Source: Squalus acanthias (lineage: Eukaryota). Taken from it: a stretch of 64,000 nucleotides of DNA. The notes beneath the pieces were generated by a model. That model was not told the origin of the DNA. It did no database searches and saw nothing but the letters and a program-made list of their open reading frames with translations. Position numbers and translations under genes: made by a program. Each line of letters begins with the position of its first letter. Positions within the stretch are counted from its first letter, which is position 1. Location: contig CM059432.1 in assembly GCA_030390025.1 (NCBI GenBank), positions 31,808,001 through 31,872,000 on the forward strand, read 5' to 3'. Below are positions 27,044-38,788 of the stretch, in pieces.

Positions 27044-28305
27044 ATTTAAGCAAGTGTGGGGCAGGCCACCTCCAGCGTGACCCCACCACCAAACACATCT
27101 TCCCCTCCCCATTCAGAATTCCGAAGGGACCGCTCCCTCCGTGACACCCTGGTCCACTCCTCTGTCACCCCCAGCACCCCATCCCCTTCTAACGGCACCT
27201 TCCCGTGCAAGTGCAGGAGATGCAACACCTGCCCTTTCACCTCCTCCCTTCCCACTTTCCAGGCCCCCAAACACTCCTTCCAGGTGAAACAGCGATTTAC
27301 TTGTTGTACTTGCAATTTAGTATACTGTATTCGCTTCTCACGATGCGGTCTCCTCTACATTGGGGAGACTAAATGTAGATTGGGTGACTGCTTTGCGGAA
27401 CACCTCCGTTCAGTCCGTAAGGGTGACCCCGAGCTTCCGGTCGCCTGTCACTTTAATTCTCCCCTCCACTCCCACTCTGACCTCTCTGTCCTCGGCCTCT
27501 TACACTGTTCCAATGAAGCTCAACGTAAGCTCGAGGAACAGCACCTCATCTTTCAATTAGGCCCTTTACAGCCTTCTGGACTCAACATAGAGTTCAACAA
27601 TTTCAGACCATAACCTCGGCCCCTATGTTTTCTTTTCTCTCACATGGCAGCTGTTGATTTTGCCATAGTCATTTACACCTCATCTAGAGCCATCTTTTGT
27701 TTCTTAACTTGTCCCATTACCATCTCCTTTTGCCTTGCACCATCATCTCTTTTGTCTTTTAATCTCTCCTGCCTTCCATCCTATCACAGACCTTGGGGAG
27801 ACCAAACGCAGATTGGGTGACCGCTTTGCGGAACACCCCCGTTCAGTCTGTAAGGGTGACCCCGAGCTTCCGGTCGCTTGTCATTTTAATTCACCTCTCC
27901 ACGCCCACTCAGACCTCACCGTCCTTGGCCTCGTGCATTGTTCCACGGAAGCTCAGCGTAAGCTCGAGGAACAGCACCTCATCTTTCGTTTAGGCACTTT
28001 ACAGCCTTCCGGACTCAATATCGAGTTCAACAATTTCAGATCATAACCTCGGCCCCCACCACATATTTTATCCACCCCTTTTGGTTCGTGCCTTTTTCCT
28101 CTTTTTTTTTTCTCTCTCTCCCCCTACGGCAGCTGTCTCTCATTCTGCCAGCATTTCACACTTCACCTTTTGTTTCTTAACCTGTCCCATTACCATCTCA
28201 TCTTGCCTTGAGCATCTCTTAATGTCCCTACTTACCATAGTTATTCTGCCGCCCCCCCAGCCTCCCCCTTGCATTTTTATCTGTTTCATTTCCTGCTTTT
28301 TTCTC

Positions 28306-28341
28306 AGTTCTGATGAAGGGTTTCGACCTGAAACGTTAACT
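28306..28341 (+). ncRNA. Minimal type-I hammerhead ribozyme motif (PLE terminal repeat)
   Basis: Stem I AGTT/AACT, core CTGATGA, stem II GGGT-TTCG-ACCT, GAAA, palindromic ACGT stem III, cleavage triplet GUU. Confidence 0.82.
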
Positions 28342-28492
28342 CTGTTTCTCTCTCCACGGATGTTGCCTGGCCTGCTGAGTTTTTCCAGCGTTTTCTGTTG
28401 TTGTTTCTATCACAGACCTTCCCTTTGTTCTTTCCTCCCTTTCCCTGCCCCACACACTTGCTTAAAAATCTGTTACTTGTCCAACTTTTTCC

Positions 28493-28529
28493 AGTTCTGA
28501 CGAAAGGTCATCAACCTGAAACGTTAACT
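28493..28529 (+). ncRNA. Minimal type-I hammerhead ribozyme motif (second tandem copy)
   Basis: Stem I AGTT/AACT, core CTGACGA, stem II AGGT-CATCA-ACCT, then GAAACGTT. Confidence 0.82.
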
Positions 28530-28627
28530 CTGTTTCTCTCTCCACGATGCTGCCTGACCTGCTGAATGTTTCCAGCATTTTCTGTTTCAGATTTCCAGCA
28601 TCTGCAGTATTTTGCTATTGTTATAAT

Positions 28628-29353
28628 GGCCCAGAAATTGATCTCGCTCTGTTCCCGCGGGGGTAAGGAGCAGGCGCGATCTCTCACTCCGCGTTGGCTT
28701 TTTCAGATCCAGCTCGCACGAACTTGATGTTCCAGACATCAGCTGGGCAGTGCTTGCGTATCCCACCGGCGTAGTGAATTCGTGCGAGCTGTGGGATCAC
28801 GTGACTCAGTTAGAGCCAATGGCAGCACACCATCTTCCATTCATAAGTTTCACATACGTGCTGTGAAAGCTATGAATCTTACACCCCCCCCCAAAATAAC
28901 AGCTAAACCTCAATTAAATTAAAAAAACACCCCATCACATTAATAAAATAAGTATAGTTAAATAAATTAACCATTTTAAATAAAAAATTAAATTTTTGAA
29001 AAAATTTAAAATCTTTTAAAAAGTTATAAAAATAAACTTACCTGTCTTTAAAGTCTCTAAAAAAGATATACCTGTTAAAAAAAATTCAAAAAAATACTTA
29101 ATTCACTTACCTTGTTAAAAGTGGGTCTTACTCCTCCTTTTTCCATTTCTAAAATCTTCCGTCCTTACCTGCGCGTCCAAAGCACTAAGTGCACAGCGTG
29201 CGCGCAGCCTGTAGCGCGCACGCGATGCACCGAGGAACCGCCCCCTTTTCCAAAGACCAAGTGCCGGTTTTCAGCGCATGCGCAGGGCATGCAGAAAACC
29301 GGCAATTGGAGAGAGAATACGCGAGACCGCGCAGCGGGATCAATTTTTGGCCC
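28628..29353. mobile_element. Non-autonomous PIF/Harbinger-type MITE, 726 bp
   Basis: TIRs GGCCCAGAAATTGATCTCGCT and (reverse complement) GGGCCAAAAATTGATCCCGCT. 3-bp TSD AAT at 28625-27 and 29354-56. Homologous to 42176-42913. Confidence 0.85.
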
Positions 29354-29529
29354 AATGTTGTCATGGAGCTTTAGGTGGGATTTTAGGGCATTGTGTTGTA
29401 TGCGGGTTTACTTGGTATTTCAGCTATCTATACTTTTTTATTGTTACCACAACATTTTCAATGTTTGTACACAAATCTTTTTATAATTTTATATATAAAT
29501 TGCTTTGGTCTAAGAGTCCAGATTGCATC

Positions 29530-30290
29530 GGATATACGGCACAGAAACAGGCCATTCGGCCCAACCAGTCCATGCCGGCGTTTTAGCTCCACTCACGTCT
29601 CCTTCTGTCTTTCCTCATCTAACTCTATCAGCATAACCCTCTATTCCCTTCCCCTGCATATGCTTATCTACCCTCCCCTTAAATGCATCTATACTCTTTT
29701 CCTCAACCACTCCCTGTGGTAGCGAGTTCCACATTCTCACCACTCTCTGGGTAAAGAAGTTTCTTCTCGATTCCCTATTTGATTTCTTGGTGACTATCTT
29801 ATATTGATGGCCTCTAGTTATGCTCTTTCCCACAAGTGGAAGCACTCTATCAAAACCTTTCATAATTTTAATGACCTCTATTAGGTCACCCATCAGCCTT
29901 TTTTCAAGAGAAAAGAGACCCAGCCTGTTCATCCTTTCCTGATAGGTATACCCTTGCATTTCTGGTATCATCCTTGTAAATCTTCTTTGCACCCTCTCCA
30001 GTGCCGCTATATCCTTTTTATAATATGGCGACCAGAATTGTACACAGTACTCCAAGTGTGGTCTAGCCAAGGTTCGATACAATTTTAGCATAACTTCACT
30101 ACTTTTCAATTCTATCCCTCTAGAAATAAACCCAAGTACCTGGTTTGCTTTTTTTAATGACCTTGTTAACCTGTGTTGCTACTTTGTGATTTGTACTTCG
30201 AGATTCCTTTGCTCCTCTACCCCACCGAGACTCGCACCCTCCAAGTAATAAGTGACCTCCCTATTCTTCCTACCAAAATGTAATACCTTA
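29530..30290 (-). mobile_element. CR1 3' fragment
   Basis: Minus ORF 29615-30109 with LARPHLEYCVQFW...FFTQRVV. Confidence 0.92.
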
Positions 30291-30799
30291 AATTCTATGA
30301 GACCAGATGTCTATTAGACAGTTGCCTGTCAGAGGAGCAGACATCTCATCCTTCTGTATTGTGCTCTCTGAATTCGATGGTACATTCAGTGAGTGGTGTC
30401 TGTAGAGAGCATGCATTATACTTTTCCTATTCATCTCCTATAATTAAAGATCATGCAGGATAAAACTAATTGAGGGAAGCACCATTAATTATTAAAGCAG
30501 AAGCTGCTTGCATGGGAGGAAATATTAGATGCTGCAATTGCACAGCAGGTCAATCAACATCTGCGAGAGGTTAATGTCTCCACTGCGACCATTCCTTGAG
30601 CGTCTGAGACTGATCTGGTGTGATGGATTTGTTTTTTTAATGTAGAAGTTTGCTTCTTGCTCCTATTTGTACAAAGGATTTGCACATTTGGCTGCATCGT
30701 TGTTTGTTTGAGTTTCGGGAGCATATTTTTACCTAGTCTCTTGTGAATTAACCTGTCAATAAAAGTCCAGTGTGTAATATTGAAGGTGGCACAAACCTG

Positions 30800-31000
30800 G
30801 TGTGTAAGTCACCCCAATTATTGGGAAAGGGGTTCATTCCTGATACCAATGACTATCTAATGGAAGTGTGTGTGTTCCATGAAGACAGGATTGGACATGG
30901 CTGTGATGCCTCCCTCAATAGCATAGCCTGCTGACATTCACTGCCCAGGCTCCTACATGAGGAATTACCACTTGGGCGAGGGACCAGTAAGTGCTGGTGC
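30800..31000 (+). mobile_element. Second SINE family, central/3' part
   Basis: gaagacaggattggacatggctgtgatgcc...ctcactgcccaggctc...ccacttgggcgagg; related fragments at about 3250-3370 and 6205-6290. Confidence 0.5.
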
Positions 31001-31714
31001 TGATGACACTATTGTACCTTTTGGATGGACAAAGGAAAGAAAATGGAGGGCAAAAAAAAGTGAGCTTGCCATATGCTGATGCAGAATGGCATTAATGCTA
31101 TTATTTTGTTCTCTGGTGTAAATCTTTGAGTGTGCCTCCTAGATAAATGTAATATAATAACCTGAAATAAGGGAAGCTCCAGAAATGTGCGCTGCAGCCT
31201 GTTCATAAAGCCTTTATAATCCTCTGCCATAAGGAATATGTTAAAAGATAGTTTCACATCAAGAGTGCTATTGATAGAAGACCTCACTGCAGATGTGCCA
31301 TTCTCCCACTGTCAGCTGTAGGGTGATATGCGAGTTGCTGTTGATCTTCACTTAACTGTTAACCGTTTTGTTGAGTGGTGGCACATTCTGGAGAAGCAGC
31401 ACATGGAGTGCTGCTTCTCCAGAATCCCTTATCAAATTTAAAAATGCCAGAAATGTTCAGCCGTTAAGGCAGTACCATCACTTAATATTTTATACCTGCT
31501 GAGCTGCATATCTATGAATTCACCTCTAACACTTCAGGGGTATGGTAGTGTAGGGGGGTACGGTATTGTGGTTATGTTACTGGATTAGTAATTCAGAGCC
31601 TTATACTAAAGATTTAGAGAATGTAAATTCAAATCCCAGTTTGAGAATTTTAATTCTGTTTTAAAAAAAAATCTGGAAATACAAAGCTAGAATGTTTAAA
31701 AACTGTTGAAAAGG

Positions 31715-31997
31715 CAGCCAATTTTTAGAGTGCAAAGTCTCTCAAACAGCAATGAGACAAATGTTAGTTGAGAGTTAAGTCGTAAGGGCATCGGGAGAAC
31801 TCCCCCTGCTCTAGTGCCAGGGGATCTTTTAAGTCCACCTGAAAACAGACTCTGTTCACCTTCTCATCTGAAAGGCGGCACCTCGGACAGTCCTCAGTAC
31901 TATACTGAAGTGTCAATCTAGATTAGGAACTGAAGGCTCTGGAGTGGGGCTTGAAACCAAAACCTTCTGACTTGGGCACGAGTGCTACCAAGGCTGG
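31715..31997 (-). mobile_element. Deu-domain SINE
   Basis: tctcatctgaaaggcggcacctc...cagtactatactg...ggggcttgaa...gagtgctacca is the reverse complement of the SINE at 16061. Confidence 0.7.
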
Positions 31998-32624
31998 TAT
32001 GATCATGGTTTTCCACTTTTGTCACTTCTATTACAAAAAAAATGCTTCTGATGAGCTGGATTTTGGCTGAGCAGAAAGGCCATTGGAGTTTGATCTGATT
32101 GTACCAGAAGAGTGCCACTGACAACGCAGTGCTCCCTCAGTACTACACTGGAGCGTCACACTCTCAACCTTCCGACTCCAGGGTGAGAGTGGTTCCAGCT
32201 GATAACAGCCATCCATATATTGCTCTCCATCAGGCAGGTAATTTTAGCTTTTAAAGCAAAGATTCAGTGTGTTTTTTTTTCTTCGCTAGCATTCCCTAGA
32301 GTATTCTTAAAAACAAAATGGAGATCTCTCCATTCCCAACACTCCCCACTGGATGCACCTAATTTTGTTGGTAATTGGACTATGGTTTAGTTAGCATGGA
32401 CTGGTTGAGCTGGATGGCCTGTTTCTGTGCTGTATATTCTATGTAAAGAATTCTTTCCTAAACCGTCTTCTCAGTCTTGTCAGTGATCACTTTAAATTGA
32501 CACGGGACCAGAGAAAGTAGTGTATCCCTATTCACCCTATCAAAATTGTTCATAATTCAATAAAGATTTTTTAAATTCCCTCTTGGCCTTCTCTGGTGCA
32601 GTGAACATGGTCCCAGTATCTCAA

Positions 32625-34422
32625 CTGGGTACGTCGAGGGCATCCTGAAACCCATCGTACAGGGAACCCCCAGCTTCTGTCGCGACACTACAGACTTCTT
32701 GCAGAAACTCCGCACCCATGGACCAGTTGAACCAGGAACACTCCTCGTCACGATGGACGTATCGGCACTCTACACCAAAATTCCCCACAATGACTGCATC
32801 GCTGCGACAGCCTCAGTACTCAACACCAACAACAGCCAATCTCCGGACGCCATCCTACAACTCATCCGCTTCATCCTTGACCACAATGTCTTCACCTTCG
32901 ACAACCATTTTTTTACCCAAACACACGGAACAGCCATGGGGACCAAATTCGCACCCCAATACGCCAACATCTTCATGCACAAGTTCGAGCAAGACTTCTT
33001 CGCTGCACAGGACCTCCAACCAACGCTGTACACCAGATACATCGACGACATCTTCTTCCTTTGGACCCACGGCGAAGGATCACTGAAAGGACTACACGAT
33101 AGCATCAACAGGTTCCATCCCACCATCAAACTCACCATGGACTACTCCTCAGAATCGGTTTCATTCTTGGACACACGAATCTCCATCAAAGACGGACGCC
33201 TCAGCACTTCACTCTACCGCAAGCCCACGGACAACCTCACGATGCTCCACTTCTCCAGCTTCCACCCTAACCACGTTAAAGAAGCCATCCCCTATGGACA
33301 AGCCCTGTGAATACACAGGATCTGCTCAGACGAGGAGGAACGCGATGGACACCTACGGACACTGAAAGACGCCCTCGTAAGAACGGGATATTACGCTCGA
33401 CTCGTCGATCGACAGTTCCGACGGGCCACAGCGAAAAACCGCATAGACCTCCTCAGAAGACGAACACGAGACACAACCAACAGAGTACCCTACGTCGTCC
33501 AGTACTTTCCCGGAGCGGAAAAACTACGCCATGTTCTTCGCAGCCTTCAACATGTCATCGATGACGACGAACACCTTGCTAAGGCCATCCCCACGCCTCC
33601 ACTACTCGCCTTCAAGCAGCCACCTAACCTCAAAAGTACCATCGTTCGCAGCAGATTACCCATCTTTCAGGAGAACAGCGACCACGACACCACACAACCC
33701 TGCCACGGCAACCTCTGCAAGACATGCCAAATCATGGACACAGATACCATCATCACACGTGAGGACACTACCCACCAGGTACATGGTACATACTCATGTG
33801 ACTCGGCCAACGTTGTCTACCTGATACGTTGCAGTAAAGGATGCTCCAGAGCATGGTACATCGGCGAGACCATGCAGACACTGAGACAACGTATGAACGG
33901 ACACCGCGCAACAATCGCCAGGCAGGAGGGTAGCCTCCCAGTCGGGGAACACTTCAGCAGTCGGGCATTCAGTCTCGGATCTGCGGGTAAGCGTTCTCCA
34001 AGGCGGCCTTCGGGATACACGACAGCGCAAAATCATCGAGCAGAAACTGATAGCCAAGTTCCGCACTCATGAGGATGGCCTCAATCGCGATATCGGGTTC
34101 ATGTCATGATACAGAACGTGACTTGACATCATGGCCGGTCTTTCCAGGTTTTGTTTTAAAAACACAAATGGAGAGGATATGCAGCCAGCAGGTGTTTTGA
34201 CACGTTGGACCCCCTGGGACACATCTCATTGTCTTGGCTGTGCTCTTAGTGTGTCTTTGATGTAGGGAAAGATTTGAATAGATTTTTTCTGTGTTTATAT
34301 TGTGAATTCTGGGAGATTCTCTCACAGCTACCTTACCTGAAGAAGGAGCGAACAGCTCCGAAAGCTTGTAAAATTAAATAAATCTGTTGGACTATAACCT
34401 GGTGTTGTGTGACTTCTCATTT
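32625..34422 (+). mobile_element. Young 5'-truncated Penelope-like retroelement (RT and GIY-YIG) with hammerhead-bearing 3' terminus, inserted in an antisense CR1 remnant
   Basis: TMDVSALYT, GTAMG, RYIDD, FLD, LYRKPT, then CxxxxCxTC and VYLIRC...WYIGET. One in-frame TGA at 33308-33310 and one frameshift near 33962. The CR1 remnant continues on both sides. Confidence 0.93.
34333..34371 (+). ncRNA. Minimal type-I hammerhead ribozyme motif
   Basis: Stem I TTAC/GTAA, core CTGAAGA, stem II GGAGC-GAACA-GCTCC, GAAA, palindromic AGCT, cleavage triplet CUU. Confidence 0.85.
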
Positions 34423-35299
34423 TCATAATTGTAGTTTTCCATCACTGACCTCGTCTTGGTGAATCTGTACTGTACACTCTCTGTGACTTAGACTTTTTCT
34501 ATTTCTTGTGTAGTTTTATTGGTATTATTGAAAACAACACGTCAAAATGTTCCAATTGATGGTTTATTGGTTGAAGTTGACTAAATGTACAGGTGCAGCT
34601 GTGGCATCTCCTGGTAGGCTACAGTGTGTGCATAGGCAGGTTTGTAATCTACTCGCTGGGATTTGGTTAAAGCTTTGAGCCTGGCTTTTAATATTGTTTC
34701 TTTGCAACTCTCAAATAAATGGTGCTTGGTCAGAAAGGTCTGCAATGATCTAATGGTGCTGAATCTACACTTGTTGAGATATGTAAATTTCATAGATTGA
34801 TAACCACAATATTTAAAAGCAAATGTCTCAATTTATGACACATTTATGTGTAAATGTTGCCTTCATCAAGGAGAAGTATGTCAGTTCTGGGGAATTGGAC
34901 ACTGTAGCCATTGCTTGCATTCCCCTTCCTGCATGCTGACTCAAGCTTACCCTGATGGTGTGTAACCTTGCTTTCTTTTTGACTGAGCGTAGTTTCAAAC
35001 TGCACACTCTCTCCATTTATAAAATTGCCCATTTCCACCTCCGAAGTATCTCATGTCTCTGTCTCAACACCCACTGCCACGAAAATCTTCATTCATGCCT
35101 TTGTCACTTCCAGATACCCTGCTGAAGAACTTCCTGAGTTTCTGCCTGCATTCTATCCTTAAAGTCCCTCTGCGCATCAGCTTCAAAGTCATCATGCTCA
35201 TCTAAAAATCCCAATGTGGTCTTGCTCCTTCCCCAAATCTGCAATCTCCTCCAGCCCTCATTTGTTCCCTGGTAACATCCTCCTACAAGAGAGTCCAAC

Positions 35300-36018
35300 C
35301 ACCGCCCCTTGAGAGTTACCATCGCCGAATTCCCCAACATCAACATCCTGGTTTGGGGGGGGGGGGGGGTCACCATTGACTAGAAACTTAACTGGACCAG
35401 CCACACACATACTGTGGCTACAACAGCAGGTCAGAGGCTAGGTATTCTGCGGCGAGTGTCTCACCTCCTTACTCCCAAAGCCTTTCCACCATCTACAAGG
35501 CACAAGTCAGGAGTGTGATGGGATACTCTCCACTTACCGGGATGAGTGCAGCTCCAACAACACTCAAGAAGCGTGGCACCATCCAGGACAAAGCAGCCTG
35601 CATTTTTGGCACCCCAGCCATTACCTTAAACATTCACTCCCTCCAGCACCGTGGCTGCAGTGTGTACCATCAACACGATGCACTGCAGCAACTTGCCAAG
35701 GCTTCTACAACAGCACCTCCCAAACCCATGACCTCTATCATCTAGAAGAACAAGGGCAGCAGGCACTTGGGAACACCATCGCCTCCAAGTTCCCTCTCCA
35801 AGTCACACACCATCCTGACTTGGAAATATATCGCCGTTCCTTCTTCGTTGCTGGGTCAAAATCCTGGAAAACTCTAACGGCACTATGGGAGTACCTTCAA
35901 CACAGACTAGTTCAAGAAGACGGCTCACCACCACCTTCTCGAGGGCAATTAGGGATGGACAATAAATGGTGTTCTTGCCAGTGACGCCCATGTCCCATGA
36001 CCGACTAATAAAAAAAAA
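35300..36018 (+). mobile_element. LINE family B 3' fragment
   Basis: accatctacaaggcacaagtcaggagtgtgatg..., family B 3' tail and poly(A). Confidence 0.78.
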
Positions 36019-37246
36019 ACCTCCTCTGTACCCTTTCTAAGGCCTTTACATCGCTCCTGAAGTGTGGTGCTCAGTTGTCAACAATACTCGAGCTGAGGCC
36101 TAACCAGTGATTTATAAAGTTCTAGCATGATCTCTAAGCTTTTATATTCTGTGCCTCTATTTATAAACCCATATGTTTTTAACCACCTTATCAGCTGGCC
36201 CTGTCACCTTTAAGGATATGTGTATGTGGACACCAAGGTGTCTGCTCAGCTGCACTTTTTAGAATCATGCCATTCATAGTATACTGTCTTTCCATATTAG
36301 TCCTCCCATTGTGTAAACTTATACTAGGTTATTTTTTTTACATTTCCCAATCAAAGGAATCACTACCTTATTTAATTTTAATAGTATGTAGTTTACAGTT
36401 AACAAAAATATTATGGGAACCATCAAAATGCAATAAGTTGTTAATCGCTGAGAAGTGTGGGGAAGGAAGAATAAATTAAAGACTACAAGACTGATACTCC
36501 ATAACCTTTATTTGGAGCAGTGGAATCCATGATGATTTAAATTCAAAAGGAACACAAATAATAGCACATAACGTACTTTTTTTAAATTTATCAGTAACTT
36601 GCCCTAGGCATTACCCATGGTCAGTTGATGGGTAGTTTTTTTTCCATTGGCAAGATTACAGTGGAACAAAACAAAATATTGCGGATGCTGGAACTCTGAA
36701 ATAAAACAGAAAAAGCTAGAAACACTCAGCAGGTCAGGCAGCCTCTGGAGAGAGAAATGTTTCAGGTTGACGACCTTTCAGCTGAAACTCCATTACAGTG
36801 GAGTTGGGAGAGAGACTTGAGAACTCATTCCACAGTGCCATCTAGTGACCAGAGCCTGCAGCTTCATTGTGACAGTTGACATAGAAAAATGTTAATCTAG
36901 CAAAATGTTGACCGAAAGGATGACCAAAAATGATGACAACAGGAAGCGAGGTTTGTGGACAGGCAGTGTGTGCCCTAGATGAAATTTTTCATAATGTATA
37001 GATTTGAATATTTATTCATGCTATGCATGGTAAAATATTTTTATTTTTAGGACCTGTACTTCTGATTTTCAAGTTTGCAGGTTGGAAGATGTTTATTGGA
37101 GTAGCAACCTGTTGTTATCCACAAACATTGTAACCACCTCAAAGTAGATGATCATTGCATTTCATATTATCTATGGGCAGTGGTTTCTTCAGGAAAATGT
37201 TGTCAATGTCTAACAGAGATTTCTGTATTCTATTCTCTCTCAACAG

Positions 37247-37355
37247 AAAGAAATTCAAGCAATGAGTCAGTGCCATCACCGGAACATTGTGTCATATTAC
37301 ACTTCATTTGTGGTAAAGGATGAGCTGTGGTTGGTGATGAAGTTGCTCAGTGGTG
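37247..37355 (+). CDS. OXSR1: Internal coding exon (probable exon 3) of OXSR1: alphaC to hinge
   Basis: tctctctcaacag acceptor, 109 nt, gtgagt donor. Encodes [36 protein letters not shown](G), in phase with the previous exon. CHH.NIVSYY is OXSR1-like. Confidence 0.95.
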
Positions 37356-38788
37356 GTGAGTGTTTTTACACTCAATACTTCTACAGACTGGAAGGTCCTA
37401 TCTTCAGTCTCTTGTGTGGGCTGAGCTGGCTTTTTTCAAACTCTGATGATGGGCTGCTTCAATTGATCTCCGTATTGTTGGGGTAGCACATGGAGAAACC
37501 ATCCCCCAAATTGTTGGGATAGCGTGCAGAGAATATCTTCCCCAACCCTCGACGTGGTACATAGAGGAACCTTCCCCCATTGTTGCTGTCGCTGTCAGCT
37601 TTCAGAAATTTTGACTATAACTTGGGACTTTTGGGTAATAAGATATTAACTTAAATCCTACTCAACAGAGGTTAAATCCACAACAAAACCGTGTCCTGGG
37701 ATTCGAAATACAATTCAGCAATTAAGCCTAGTCAAAGTGTCTATCCAGGGTGATATTTCTCAAGTTTAGTGCCAACCAGTTTCAGAGAAGGTATTGGTCA
37801 GAAAAGTTACATTTAGCCTGCAAACAGAGAAAATGTGGTGTGCTTGATATTTTCTGTCATGAGGAACATTATGAAATACATTAAAATTCATTGTAAATGT
37901 TACTCTATTTGTTCATGTTATTTGTAACTAAATCAGCCAGTTGGTCTTTAATTGGCCTCATCTCATTAAAGTGGCCATCAGTCTGCCTTTTAGAAGATGG
38001 GGGAAATGCTTGTGGATGCATGTGAGCCTAGTGTACAGTTCACACAACGAGGGGGTTTATTGTTACGACCCCTCTCCTTTTCTCCCCCGCTGCCCGCCCG
38101 CGCCCCCCCCCCCAAACAAGGTCGTATGACCAGATATTGGGCAGTAAAGTAACCTCCTGATCATATGGTACTGGGATCAGCTTACAAGCTGGTGATGCTG
38201 AACCTGAAAAAAAATCTAAGTACGTAAATAGGAGCAGGGATAGGCCATGTGACCCCTCGAGCCTTTCAGTAAGAGCATAGCTGATCTTCCACCTCGACTC
38301 CACTTTCCCGCCCTATCTCCATATCCCCATCTAGTGTAGACTTGCAGTTTTTAACCCTTTCCCCATTGTTGGGAGTAACATACAGAGGAAATATTTGGGC
38401 TCATGCAGGAAAAGATTTAATTGACAGCTGCTGCTGACACTGGGCCAACAAAAAGTAGAAACATGTTCTGCACCTCGATGGGCACAAAATATCTCATTGT
38501 TTTATTTAAAAGTAAAATTAGTTCTCCCTGAATATGAAGTGGCGTTGAAGATTAATATTTTTCAAGATTTGACATACAAAAAGAAGTGTGAAAAAAGATA
38601 AACAGGCCAGTCAGTGCTCATCCATTCAGTAGATGATGTAACCTAGTTGCTAACTCCTTGGGATTGCAAAAAACAAAATGTAATTTTTGTTTCACCAATG
38701 CTTTGGAGGTGAGGATTGGGCCCATTTATTTATTTAAAAGTTTAAACAGATGGTACTTTTACCTGATTGTCTTTTCTCTCTGTTCCAG

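Larger units (their letters stand above)
26451..28615 (+). mobile_element. Penelope-like element locus: inverted pLTR fragment, two tandem GIY-YIG 3' fragments and two hammerhead-bearing terminal repeats
   Basis: ORF 27056-27613 has CxCxRCxTC, LVYCI...LYIGET...EH...GLNIEF (GIY-YIG). A 5'-truncated repeat lies at 27792-28046. 26455-26578 plus 27054-27065 is the reverse complement of about 28443-28583. Confidence 0.88.

Noticed and set aside
29112..29722. 100-124 aa ORFs over the MITE right arm, also at 42130-42459 and 42650-42853
   Set aside because: No transposase or Myb motifs, and the frames are not conserved between the two MITE copies.
37262..37486. 74-aa ORF as a stand-alone kinase gene
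   Set aside because: It is exon 3 read through its gtgagt donor into the intron.
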